A DNA stretch of 64,000 bases from Desulfatiglandales bacterium (GTDB taxonomy: Bacteria; Desulfobacterota; DSM-4660; Desulfatiglandales; Desulfatiglandaceae). The translations under genes and the position numbers were made by a program. The notes beneath the pieces are model-generated. The model ran no database searches. It saw nothing but the letters and a program-made list of their open reading frames with translations, and was not told the DNA's origin. This document shows positions 40,302 through 50,042 of this stretch, piece after piece; position 1 is the first letter of the stretch, and every line of letters begins with the position of its first letter. The stretch spans positions 2,464,001-2,528,000 of the forward strand of contig OY762721.1 of the NCBI GenBank assembly GCA_963666345.1. The letters are read 5' to 3'.

Positions 40302-40605
40302 TCCTCCTATTGTCGTCAATAATCCCAAGAAGGGTGAAATCTGGATTGTTCGGTTTGATCCATCAATCGGGGCAGAAATCAGAAAAACAAGACGTGCTGT
40401 TGTGGTGAATGATGATAAGATAGGTAACCTGAGACTCCTTATAGTTGTGCCGGTTACAGGATGGAATGAAGGATATAAAAGTATTGTATGGCAGGTGTAT
40501 TTAGCAAAAAGTAGGCAAAACAATCTTGATAAAAAAAGCTCGGCTGATACATCACAAGTAAAATCAATATCTGTCAATAGGCGTCCAAAATTGACCCACC
40601 CCTGA
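40294..40605 (+). pseudogene. PemK/MazF family toxin, C-terminus probably truncated by an IS end
   Basis: KGEIWIVRFDPSIGAEIRKTR.AVVV..D, VVPVT, L.K.S.AD..QVKSIS; the last residues are encoded by an IS-like terminal repeat. Confidence 0.8.
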
Positions 40606-41046
40606 AAAAATGGTTAAATAGTCGACCCTGACAGGGATATATGTTCTGAGTCGTTTTTATTTTAAAGAATTGAAGTCAATATTTGCAGTCGTAGTATTGC
40701 AAAAAACAGAGACAAATGATCTTGAAGCTGCCTTAGCAGTTTCCTGAAGTTGAATGCCGCTGCGGCCAGCGGAAGTGGACCCCATTGATTGGACAGCCTG
40801 ATGGGTTGAATAAGCTATAGAATGGGTTGGTTTTCATCCTTTTGGTTTAAAATATAGGTGACAATCTTATTCTTCTCTCACCATGTCCCTGCAAATTTTA
40901 CATTATCCCACATGTTTCATGCCACCTGGGTGTTTATAATCCGATAAACAAAAAGACCTAATTTCAGGGCTGAATCTCTTACGTGCCATCCTGACCTCTT
41001 CCCTCTTTCTTCCAGAATCAATTATGACTTTTTACGAATTTATTAT
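40572..41046. mobile_element. Cluster of nested IS remnants (IS21-like end, IS5-like 3' fragment, IS3-like end, further terminal motif)
   Basis: TGTCAATAGGCGTCCAAAATTGACCCACC at 40572; minus-strand LAAAAFNFRKLLR plus CAGGGTCGACTA end at 40619-40770; GAAGTGGACCCCATTGATTGGACA at 40772; GACTTTTTACGAA at 41026; family assignments by recalled resemblance only. Confidence 0.65.
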
Positions 41047-41088
41047 AATTGGCTTGCCAGATAGATTCTCTGGGCCTCTGACTTTGAA

Positions 41089-41517
41089 CTACCATGCCTT
41101 TTCCGACATTATTTTTTTGATCTTTTCCTCAGCTTTTTTTGCTACTAAAATCATTTTCTTAGTGCTAGCCTTATGGATTTTCTCTGTCAGAATTTCTATA
41201 TCGGCAGGTTTTTCCAGAAAATCCGTTGCGCCCAGTTTCATGGCTTCTATTCCCTTTTGTAAAGTGGCATGTCCTGTAAGCAGGATGATCTGCATCTCCG
41301 GCTTTTTCTCTTTGATAAGCTTCAACGCCGCAAGACCGTCTATTCCAGGCATTTTAAGATCCAACAAAATAGCATCAAATGAATAGGATTCCACCATCTT
41401 GAGCGCGTCCTCAGCGGAGGTGCTTGTCTCCACTTCAAGTCCACGATTACGCATACGCTCAGCAAGCGTAGCGAGAAATTCGGTTTCGTCATCAACTAAC
41501 AGCACTTTTTCCATCAT
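41089..41517 (-). CDS. Single-domain response regulator
   Basis: VLLVDDE, LLDLKMPG, LTGHA, FLEKP. Confidence 0.93.
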   Translation of the reverse strand: MMEKVLLVDDETEFLATLAERMRNRGLEVETSTSAEDALKMVESYSFDAILLDLKMPGIDGLAALKLIKEKKPEMQIILLTGHATLQKGIEAMKLGATDFLEKPADIEILTEKIHKASTKKMILVAKKAEEKIKKIMSEKAW

Positions 41518-41608
41518 CGTTTTACCTCCTATCTTTCAATAATTAAATATTGTACACAACCATCACGGAGCCATTCCTGAATCGTCTAATAAAGAAGAAA
41601 GCGCAGGC

Positions 41609-42280
41609 TTAACTGACTCTGTCCAGTTCTCTGGGAAGACAGATAAAAATCCTACCCATTTGCTCCTCCGATAAAAATGATGCCTTCAGGTGGCCTATGA
41701 GCATCCTTTCTTCCCTGCCCGGAAAGTTAGCTTCGGATAAGGAACTTAGGTTTTTCATCCCAGATATTTCAATCCTCCCTCCATTTGCATCTTCATCCAC
41801 ATTTATAAGCAAGGACTTATTGCTGTCTGCACGCGCGGCTGCAAAATCCAGACTCCGCCATAGAAGATTCTCAAGCGAAAAAGGATCCGTTGTTATGGAA
41901 ACGTTTTTGGAGTCTGGAATCATTTCCAGAGTAACACCGCGAAGCAATGAAAAACGCTGAGCCAACGGCAGGACCATTTGGACCAACTCTAGGAGGTCTA
42001 TCGACCTTAGAAGTTCGTCAGAGCTGTGTGAAAAGGCATTCAGCCTTTTTACGATCAGATCAGCTCTGACTGACTGTCTTTGTATTCGTTGAGAGATCTC
42101 TTGGAGTTGTCCGGACTTCAATTCCATTCCTTTTTCGCTCATTAAAATCAAGTCCTCAAGCAGGCCTGCGCTTTCAGCGATTATTGCAAGCGTGTTCTTT
42201 ATCTCATGAGAGATGGAAGCGGTTGCCTTGCCGAAAAACTGAAGATTGCCCTTCCAGAGGTTCCCTTGGTCTTCCGTCAT
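41609..42280 (-). CDS. Sensorless histidine kinase-like protein (HisKA intact, ATPase boxes degenerate)
   Basis: ASISHEIKNTL H-box; no recognisable N, G1 or G2 boxes. Confidence 0.75.
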   Translation of the reverse strand: MTEDQGNLWKGNLQFFGKATASISHEIKNTLAIIAESAGLLEDLILMSEKGMELKSGQLQEISQRIQRQSVRADLIVKRLNAFSHSSDELLRSIDLLELVQMVLPLAQRFSLLRGVTLEMIPDSKNVSITTDPFSLENLLWRSLDFAAARADSNKSLLINVDEDANGGRIEISGMKNLSSLSEANFPGREERMLIGHLKASFLSEEQMGRIFICLPRELDRVS

Positions 42281-42657
42281 TATTCCTCCATGTCACCGGT
42301 TTTGAGCACGTTATGAATTTTTTCGATCAGGGTGTCTATTTTGACCGGCTTCACCAGATAGAAAGCCTCACCTGCCTCAGCTACACCCATTCGAAAATCT
42401 TTCTCTGAACCATGTCCGGTCATAAATATGAACTTCATTTTAGGCTGCAGTTTCTCCATCCTTCTTTTGAGATTCAGCCCGCTTATCCTAGGAATTTTCA
42501 CATCTAGAACCGCTACGTCATATTTCCTTTTTATGACGGCACTCAGGGCATCTTCAGCATCTGTCGCCCAGTCCGCCTCGAATCCTCTCATCTGCAACCT
42601 TTCTGATAAGGTAGAGACCAATTCGTTTTCATCATCCACCAGCAGAATTCTCATCAT
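42280..42657 (-). CDS. Single-domain response regulator
   Basis: MMRILLVDDE, VLDVKIP, MTGHG, YLVKP; start at 42657. Confidence 0.92.
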   Translation of the reverse strand: MMRILLVDDENELVSTLSERLQMRGFEADWATDAEDALSAVIKRKYDVAVLDVKIPRISGLNLKRRMEKLQPKMKFIFMTGHGSEKDFRMGVAEAGEAFYLVKPVKIDTLIEKIHNVLKTGDMEE

Positions 42658-44395
42658 CTTCTCCATTCCGGCTTTCTGTTGCCTGCGGTAAAAAAATTCT
42701 GAATGTTGTGCCCTCTCCAGGGTTACTTTCGACACGGATGTCACCGCCTAATTCACTTACCAGCCCATAAGTGATGGACAAGCCAAGGCCTGTTCCACCC
42801 ATCTGATTTTTGGTTGTGAAAAAGGGCTCAAAGACTCTTTCTATATCACTCTCTGGAATTCCGCATCCATCATCAGAAACACTTAATGAAATCCCCCCTT
42901 CTTTTTCCTTTTCTATGGTCAAATCCAGGTGCCCCCCCTCACTTATTGCAGCGAAGGCATTGTTGATGAGGTTCAACAGAATCTGCTGAAGCTTTCCACG
43001 GTTTGTAATCAATTTCGGTGAGGGTTCAGGGATATTCACAGAAACATTAATAGATCTATGGTCTGCTTCTTTTTCCAGAAAGCTTACGACTTCATTTACA
43101 ACCTCTTTTATATCGACCCATCCAAGTTTTGAATCGGCTCCCATATGACGCGCAAAGCTCAGCAATCTTCCAGTAATTGCGGAACAACGGTCAACAGACC
43201 TCATGATGGAATCGACCTGTCCCATGAGCTTTTTGTCTTCCGCATAGGCTTGCTTGATGATAAAGATGTCCTTAATAAGGCCGGCCTTTTCATTAATGAT
43301 GGCCAAGGGGTTGTTTATCTCATGAGCCACGCCAGCCGCCAGTCGGCCTATGGAAGCCATCTTATTTGAGTATTCCACATGATGCAAAGCTGCCACCCGC
43401 CTTTGGTCAGCTTCGTAGATACGCTCTACGAGGTAGGAATAAACCCAGAGGATAACAATCATAACGCCGACAACACTTATGAAAAGAAACCCAAGGATCT
43501 TAAAACGGACCCTCCACCAACGTTCAAGAAGGGCCTGTTTTCTTTTGCAGATGACAAGGATAAAAGGGGTCTCTTCAAGATAGGCGTAACCTCTTACCCT
43601 GGGTCCAAATTCAGGATCGTTTATCCATGTTACCTGGGTTGCCTTCGAGTATTTCGGAGTGGGAATGGTAACATGATGGAGTGCAGGTCCATAGAAGCGT
43701 GATGGTGTTTGAAGTATCCCATTATGGTTTATGATAAAGGCGTCTCCGTCATCGCCAACGTGCAAATTTACTAGAAGATCATTAAAACGCTCAGTGTCGA
43801 TAGTGGCGCGAATTACATAGAAATCCCCTCCCGGCAACTCATGACGTTCGGCTATAATAAAATGTGGCTCTTTTCGTATACCCAGAAACACATCGCTAAT
43901 ATATATGCCTTTTTCCTTCACTTGCCTGTACCAGTTTTCATCACTGTAGTTTGCACCGCCTAGGGTGTAGGGGCCGGCATAGGCCAGTTGCTCTCCATGG
44001 GAGTCAATAACACCAAGGTCGGTAAAACCGCCGAAGGCCTTTTTTAGATGATCAAGCAGTCCCTCTAACCTTTTCGGATTAATGAGATCTTCAGGATCAT
44101 TATCCTGTACAATGAAGTCCAGTGCCGAGCGTCGTTCAATAAGAAAATATGATACAGTCCTCCTGGCGTTTGATGCGAGGCGGCTTGTCCGGTAGTTGAT
44201 CTCCTCCTTAAAAGCCTTGTGAGATACCTTGTAGTCGATAAAGGTCATCCAAAACAAAGGAAGAAGTGTGACGCCGGCAGTTAGAAACACCGATTGTTTC
44301 CAGATGCGGCGGAAATTGAAAAGATGCTTGTAAGGTCCGGCAGCAACATCGCGGTGATCCCAAAATCTTGGTTTTAAAATGCCTAAAATACCCAT
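42632..44395 (-). CDS. Cache-domain sensor histidine kinase (NtrB-like)
   Basis: 2 TM, AGVAHEINNPL, NLINNA, DDGCGI, FEPFFTTK, GTGLGL. Confidence 0.94.
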   Translation of the reverse strand: MGILGILKPRFWDHRDVAAGPYKHLFNFRRIWKQSVFLTAGVTLLPLFWMTFIDYKVSHKAFKEEINYRTSRLASNARRTVSYFLIERRSALDFIVQDNDPEDLINPKRLEGLLDHLKKAFGGFTDLGVIDSHGEQLAYAGPYTLGGANYSDENWYRQVKEKGIYISDVFLGIRKEPHFIIAERHELPGGDFYVIRATIDTERFNDLLVNLHVGDDGDAFIINHNGILQTPSRFYGPALHHVTIPTPKYSKATQVTWINDPEFGPRVRGYAYLEETPFILVICKRKQALLERWWRVRFKILGFLFISVVGVMIVILWVYSYLVERIYEADQRRVAALHHVEYSNKMASIGRLAAGVAHEINNPLAIINEKAGLIKDIFIIKQAYAEDKKLMGQVDSIMRSVDRCSAITGRLLSFARHMGADSKLGWVDIKEVVNEVVSFLEKEADHRSINVSVNIPEPSPKLITNRGKLQQILLNLINNAFAAISEGGHLDLTIEKEKEGGISLSVSDDGCGIPESDIERVFEPFFTTKNQMGGTGLGLSITYGLVSELGGDIRVESNPGEGTTFRIFLPQATESRNGEDDENSAGG

Positions 44396-44427
44396 GACCT
44401 TTCACTTTTCTCCCAGATTTCAGGCGC

Positions 44428-45651
44428 TCATCCATCCTTTTTTTTTGCCTGAATTTTATCGTTGGCCTTACGAAGAGAGTCACTCAGAAGATCAATGTTT
44501 ACAGGCTTTTGAAGATATGCAAAGGCTCCAAGTTCCATACAAGTCTTTCTATCCGATTCCGTGCCATGACCTGTCAAAATTATCACCTCAATATCGGGTC
44601 GCTCCTTTTTGACTCGTCGAAGGACCTCGATACCGTCGATCCCCGGCATCTTGAGGTCAAGTACCATAACTTCAGGTTCATCTTCATGTATAAGTTCAAG
44701 GGCTGATTCACCGTCATAGGCTACTGCTGATCCCATATCCCTCATGGTGAGACGCTCGGAAAGTGTCTGCACAAATTCCCGTTCATCGTCCACCAGTAGT
44801 ACCTTGGAAGGCACCTTGAAATCATATTTTCTATAAATATCGGCCTGGTAATACCCTTCACCCACCTTGGTGGTTACTGATCTGACGCCTGTAATGGCCG
44901 AGCAGATTGACTTGAGTTCTTCCTCCAGGCGTGATAAAAGGAGGACATGTTTATTTATGGTCAAGGTCAGATTGCCGTCATCGGCTGCTACATCTACATC
45001 ATGCCCTTCACGGTAAAGGGCTTCTTCCACTTTTGATGATAGTTGAAAGTCTTTCACCGCCTTTTTAGATCGAGCCGAGGTCTTGACTACTGTCTTTCCC
45101 AGATTCTCGATGATCAACTCGACGGCCTCCTCAACTGAAAGCCTTTTGGTAGGGATCACTAGGTCGTAAAGAGATGCGTCCCATGGATCCGCTTTGCCAT
45201 ACAACCTTTCAATCCATGCTGAGCATTCATGGTCTGACGATTGGATAAGCTTTTCAGCCTCTTTTTCTCCAAGGCCATTTTGCCTCAAGGCAAGCGATTT
45301 TCTGAACCCTCTCTCGGCAACGATACAGGCACGAAGGACATGACTTATTGACCGAGGTATGAGCATGGCAGAATGCCCATAAACGATCAGTTCGTCATCC
45401 CCGAGCACATCAGAAACGCCCATCTTAAGGCAGGCAATGGAGAGGTCCTTTTCATGCGTAAATTTGTTGAACAAGGATGTCTTTGAAGAAAATGCCTTTG
45501 CAATTTTTGCTTCTTCTATTTCACAAGCCTCAGCAGCTCTATTGACGATATTTTTGTCTGTTACTACTCTGTATCCGGTTTTTTTGGAAATGGCGTCTAC
45601 AACCTGATCAGCTTGGCAGAAGGCGCTGGTAAAAATGCTTATTACGGTCAT
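44428..45651 (-). CDS. Cytidylate-kinase-like domain plus C-terminal receiver protein
   Basis: N-terminal P-loop-kinase-like pattern (ISI.......D.V...I, W...LYG..D......YDLVI); C-terminal VLLVDDE...LDLKMPG...LQKP. Confidence 0.85.
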   Translation of the reverse strand: MTVISIFTSAFCQADQVVDAISKKTGYRVVTDKNIVNRAAEACEIEEAKIAKAFSSKTSLFNKFTHEKDLSIACLKMGVSDVLGDDELIVYGHSAMLIPRSISHVLRACIVAERGFRKSLALRQNGLGEKEAEKLIQSSDHECSAWIERLYGKADPWDASLYDLVIPTKRLSVEEAVELIIENLGKTVVKTSARSKKAVKDFQLSSKVEEALYREGHDVDVAADDGNLTLTINKHVLLLSRLEEELKSICSAITGVRSVTTKVGEGYYQADIYRKYDFKVPSKVLLVDDEREFVQTLSERLTMRDMGSAVAYDGESALELIHEDEPEVMVLDLKMPGIDGIEVLRRVKKERPDIEVIILTGHGTESDRKTCMELGAFAYLQKPVNIDLLSDSLRKANDKIQAKKKDG

Positions 45652-45672
45652 ATGATCTCCTTCCGGGCCTTA

Positions 45673-47805
45673 TTATCCCTCAGCCAATCTGCAAACACTC
45701 AATAGGGGACAGGCACTCTCCGTGCTCTTTTTATGAGATTCCGTGTAATTGGCCTGGATCGCTTTTTCCATGGTGGGATAGATATTATTTTCACCGATTT
45801 TCTCAAGTAGATGTGTGCGAACAAGCACGTGCATAACCGCCTCATTTACCCCGCTTAATGAGATATCTAATCCTGCGCTCCTGACTCTGTCAAAAAGAAG
45901 AGAAAGGGCCTCTTCACCCGATGCATCAATGTCATTGATGCCGTTACATACAATCACTATATGACGCAGATCCCCTCTTTTCATCATGATCTCTGTTATC
46001 TTTTCTTCTAGATAGCTCGTGTTAGCAAAAAACAGCGGCCCGTCGAAGCGAACCAATGCCAGATATTGACACTTCTTCAGTCCGTGAGTATCTGTGCATC
46101 TCAGTCCGTTGTCTTCCGTTCTTGAAAGGGTTACAACTCTCGGCCTCATGCTTTTGTAAAGAAAGACAATGAGGGAAAGCACCACTCCGATCATAATACC
46201 CTTGTCCAGATGGGGCGCAAATATGAGTGTGCATAAAAAGGTAATAATTGAAATAGCACCGTCGTACCATTGAGCCCTCCAGGCATGCAGGAATCCCGTG
46301 ACATTTATTAACCCCATAACCGCCATCATTATGACCGCCGCCAAAACTGCCTGAGGCAGGAAATATAGAAGAGGAGTAAAAAAAAGAAGAACAATCACAA
46401 CCGTTAGACTTGTAAAGACACTTGAGAGCCCGCTGACTGCTCCAGCCTGCAGATTGACCGCTGAACGGGAAAACGACCCGGAGGTGGGATAACTGCGGCC
46501 TATTGCACCTGCCAAGTTGGCGATTCCCTGTCCGATAAGTTCCTGGTTGGGATCCAAACGCTGACCGGTCTTGGAGGCCATAGCTTTTGCTATGGAAATA
46601 GCCTCCATGAATCCAAGCAGAGAAATAATAGCGGCATAGGGGAAGAGCTGTAAGATTGTGCTGATATCGAAGTTGGGAACGCTGAGGCTGGGCAATCCTC
46701 TAGGAATGACACCAACCACTGCGCCTCCCCCAATAAACAAAAGACCGTTTTCATCAAGAGGACAATTATCCAGCTTCAAATGCCAGGCCTTGTGATCATG
46801 CTCCATTCCTGATGGGACATTACCATCACTATAAAACGTTATGCCATCGTCTGTCGTTTTCACACCTCGAAACAGTACGGATCGAAGCGCTTCCCGTTGT
46901 ATGGCTGCTCGCGATTTACTCTTTTCAATGGAAGAGCTCAATAAGTCTAGCTCATAATTGGCGTAAAGCTCGGTGGTCGAATCACCTTCCTTGCGTGCCC
47001 TGTTTGCAACCTCAAAGAATTTGGCTCTTTGCCCGGCAAGATATGGGATCGAATCCGTTGCCTCGTTAAAAAGCTCTATTCTTTTTTGGACAAGTTGATC
47101 CCTAATAGACTCGATCGGTACTTTCACATTGTGTTGAAACCCGGTCGCCCATGAAAGGACAGTGGTAATGATAACTGCAAAAAGCACGTTGGGTATCCTG
47201 GGAGAAATTCGTTTCAGAGAATACATTATTGCAAAGGCAAGCGCAGCCATCCCCAAGGTCGGCCAGTGGGTATAATGCCATGAAGCCTCAATGACACGAA
47301 GAATGGTCTCATAGTGGTGGCTTGCCTTATCAACGTACACCCCGAATATCTTGGACAGCTGGGAGGTAGCGATGATGATAGCGGCGGCATTGGTAAAACC
47401 GTTTACAACAGGATGAGAAAGGAAGTTGACTACAAGACCTAATCGAAGGGCGCCGAGGCTGAACTGAAAAATTCCTACCATAACGGCAAGTAGAATTGCA
47501 TATGATATGTAACCTTGACTTCCAGCGGTTGCCAGCGGTTCAAGTGACGCGGATGTCATAAGTGACACCACGGCAACAGGGCCGGTCGCCAGTTGCCGAC
47601 TGGAACCGAAAAGGGCAGCTACCATAGGTGGCAAAAAGGCCGCATAGAGACCGTAGTAGGCCGGAAGTCCAGCCAGTTGAGCATATGCCATTGATTGAGG
47701 TACAAGTACCAGTGCGACAGTCAGACCTGCAATAGCATCCGCTTTTAAGTCCCTTAAATCATAGTCTTTGAACCACGTGAGAAAGGGAAGTATTTTTGAA
47801 ATCAT
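45673..47805 (-). CDS. SulP/SLC26 anion transporter with STAS domain and large loop insertion
   Basis: DAIAGLTVA...PQSMAYA.LAGLP..YGLY, NQELIGQG..N, GSFSRSA.N, RFDGPLFFAN, DIDASG. Confidence 0.94.
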   Translation of the reverse strand: MISKILPFLTWFKDYDLRDLKADAIAGLTVALVLVPQSMAYAQLAGLPAYYGLYAAFLPPMVAALFGSSRQLATGPVAVVSLMTSASLEPLATAGSQGYISYAILLAVMVGIFQFSLGALRLGLVVNFLSHPVVNGFTNAAAIIIATSQLSKIFGVYVDKASHHYETILRVIEASWHYTHWPTLGMAALAFAIMYSLKRISPRIPNVLFAVIITTVLSWATGFQHNVKVPIESIRDQLVQKRIELFNEATDSIPYLAGQRAKFFEVANRARKEGDSTTELYANYELDLLSSSIEKSKSRAAIQREALRSVLFRGVKTTDDGITFYSDGNVPSGMEHDHKAWHLKLDNCPLDENGLLFIGGGAVVGVIPRGLPSLSVPNFDISTILQLFPYAAIISLLGFMEAISIAKAMASKTGQRLDPNQELIGQGIANLAGAIGRSYPTSGSFSRSAVNLQAGAVSGLSSVFTSLTVVIVLLFFTPLLYFLPQAVLAAVIMMAVMGLINVTGFLHAWRAQWYDGAISIITFLCTLIFAPHLDKGIMIGVVLSLIVFLYKSMRPRVVTLSRTEDNGLRCTDTHGLKKCQYLALVRFDGPLFFANTSYLEEKITEIMMKRGDLRHIVIVCNGINDIDASGEEALSLLFDRVRSAGLDISLSGVNEAVMHVLVRTHLLEKIGENNIYPTMEKAIQANYTESHKKSTESACPLLSVCRLAEG

Positions 47806-48410
47806 TTGCTATCCGTTTTGGGGTTAAAATCAGGTTCAAGAATCCGGCGGCATGCATTTATAAGCTCAACATGCAATGCCGCAGTATTGTAAAGATTGCA
47901 GTTCCTGAATCTTACCAAACCGTCAACCATAGTTAGGATAAGCAAGGCGGACTTACGTGAAGCCATGGAACCGACGCTGCCGTCACGCCGGCCTTTCAGG
48001 ATCGGTTCCTCGAAAAAATCCATCAGGCACTCATATATTTCTTGAAGGTATTGACTGCAGATTGGGTTTACCTGAGCCAGTTGATATAAATATCGGCGTT
48101 CCAGAAGGATAAAGTCGTCCTCCATTTTTCCGGCCAGATAAAGATAAAACGATACCACTTCAAGCATTTGCTCCATTCCATTCACTTTTTGAGCATCGGC
48201 CTTGTATATGGAAAACTCCTCTAGTATCCTCTCTTTGATTTGTTGGAGTATGTTTAAAAGGAGGTCTTCCTTGTTTTTGAAGTGGTAGAAGATTGATCCT
48301 TCGGACACACCGGTCAATTTAGCGATTTCCGAGGTAGAGGTTTCGTGAAAACCCCTGTCTGCAAAAAGCTTTGTAGCCGCTGCTAAAATAGTCTCTTTTC
48401 GGGTCATCAT
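47802..48410 (-). CDS. TetR/AcrR family regulator
   Basis: RKETILAAA.KLF..RGF..TS..EIA...GVSEGSIFYHFKNKEDL. Confidence 0.95.
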   Translation of the reverse strand: MMTRKETILAAATKLFADRGFHETSTSEIAKLTGVSEGSIFYHFKNKEDLLLNILQQIKERILEEFSIYKADAQKVNGMEQMLEVVSFYLYLAGKMEDDFILLERRYLYQLAQVNPICSQYLQEIYECLMDFFEEPILKGRRDGSVGSMASRKSALLILTMVDGLVRFRNCNLYNTAALHVELINACRRILEPDFNPKTDSK

Positions 48411-48429
48411 ATATCTCTGAATAAATAAA

Positions 48430-48475
48430 AGTGAGCGCTCACTCAGTTTATATATATTAAATAGATCTTTGTCAA
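48430..48475 (-). promoter_or_regulatory. Promoter and palindromic TetR-type operator
   Basis: TTGACA (48475-48470), 17-bp spacer, TATAAA; perfect palindrome AGTGAGCGCTCACT at 48430-48443. Confidence 0.75.
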
Positions 48476-48849
48476 GAAATTTTTAGGTAGGACGCGTTAA
48501 CCGCCTAAATTAATATTTATAATCAGAAATTTTCTGATGCAAAATATTGCCTTTGAACAACAGGCATAGCCAGCCCTTAATGTGAAATTGTTATGGATAT
48601 TTTATGCTTTTGCGGCTTTTCAGGCGGATAATACCCCTGGCATTGGGCAAAATTATTTATTTTACTTTATTGACAGTCCATATGGTTTCGGCCATCATTA
48701 TAATGGGTGAAGGCAAATTGAGCGATTCATCTGATTCAACTTATATGATGAGTAATTGGAGGCGCATGTCATCTGTTTACCTGAAATGATTTCAATACAA
48801 CTTGCGGTTGTGACGAAAAGATATCACCCCGGCCTGTAAGTGAAAAAAA

Positions 48850-49536
48850 ATGGGTAAATCAAACAAACAGCAATCATCTATTGGAAGCAGCAGCTTTTTG
48901 GTGCTGGCAGCCGGTGCCTTGATAGCAGCGGTTTTATTTGTGTCCACCTACATGCCCAATAAAGCCAGGGCCGATGATATCGTAACCGTCAGCTTTGAGA
49001 CTGAGGCGTCCTACACCATGGGCCCGGGTGATTCGGAACCCTTGGCCTGCAAACTGGCTTTTTTCCGCGCCTCGCTAGAGGCGGCTCATCAAGCGGCCAA
49101 TCGATTTGCGGAGCAAAGGTTGATCCAGTTCGGAAACAGGGATAAAAGCGAACTGGTCTGCCTGGTGGCCGACAATTTGAGGGCCGAACCAATCTGGGAC
49201 CACTGGAAGAAAGAGGGCGGGGTTTCTACCTATACTGTTCGAATACATGCGGTGGTAAGGTTGTCCGATTTCATTGGGGCGCAGTTGGTAATCCTGGGCT
49301 TCTCGCGAAAGGAAGCCACAGAGAATTACCGTGATGAAATGAGCCCGCCCATACCGGTTCTTTTTAGTCCCGGTCTGGCTCTGGCCAAAGCCTACTGGCT
49401 GATTCGGAATAATGAACTGCGTATTTCGATCATCTACCTGGATCGACTAACGCAACGATATCCAAACTGGAGGGAAGCCTATGAAGGCAAAGCCATGGCC
49501 CTCAGTCTTCAGAACAAGGCCAAGGCCATGCAGTAG
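48850..49536 (+). CDS. Exported hypothetical protein with a single TPR-like C-terminus
   Basis: Hydrophobic N-terminal segment; LAKAY.L.......I..L..L..RYPNW.EAY. Confidence 0.55.
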   Translation: MGKSNKQQSSIGSSSFLVLAAGALIAAVLFVSTYMPNKARADDIVTVSFETEASYTMGPGDSEPLACKLAFFRASLEAAHQAANRFAEQRLIQFGNRDKSELVCLVADNLRAEPIWDHWKKEGGVSTYTVRIHAVVRLSDFIGAQLVILGFSRKEATENYRDEMSPPIPVLFSPGLALAKAYWLIRNNELRISIIYLDRLTQRYPNWREAYEGKAMALSLQNKAKAMQ

Positions 49537-49834
49537 AAAATAAAGCGCGCATGCTCGGTAGCCCGACGGCCTGCTCCCAACTCAAAGGTGTATGACTAAT
49601 CCTTTGTTTACAAGTGTCAGGTTAAAATGGATATTACTGCTGTTTTTGAAGTGAAGGTATCTCCTGGAGATAGCAGATCCGACAAGACCTGTGATAAGAA
49701 AGCGATATATGTTTTGGGAAAGGTTATCGCTAGAGGGGCTTAGAAATCTCAATTCTGCCAAGAGGGCCGTGCATTTTTTTATTGATAGATTTTATCTTTT
49801 TTTGCGATTTTGCTGTACAACAGGTGCACAAAAT

Positions 49835-49869
49835 AAAAAGGGGTGCAAGAATAAATCTTGTACCCCTTT
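49835..49869 (-). terminator. Terminator downstream of the tRNA
   Basis: AAAAAGGGGTGCAAGA...TCTTGTACCCCTTT hairpin. Confidence 0.75.
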
Positions 49870-49877
49870 GATATTCC

Positions 49878-49954
<77 letters not shown>

Positions 49955-50042
49955 ACAATAAGAGATAACATATAACAGACCAATGTATCGGTTGTCAAAT
50001 ATAAATTTGTTCATCATCCAATCAAGCCGGACCGCAATAGTA

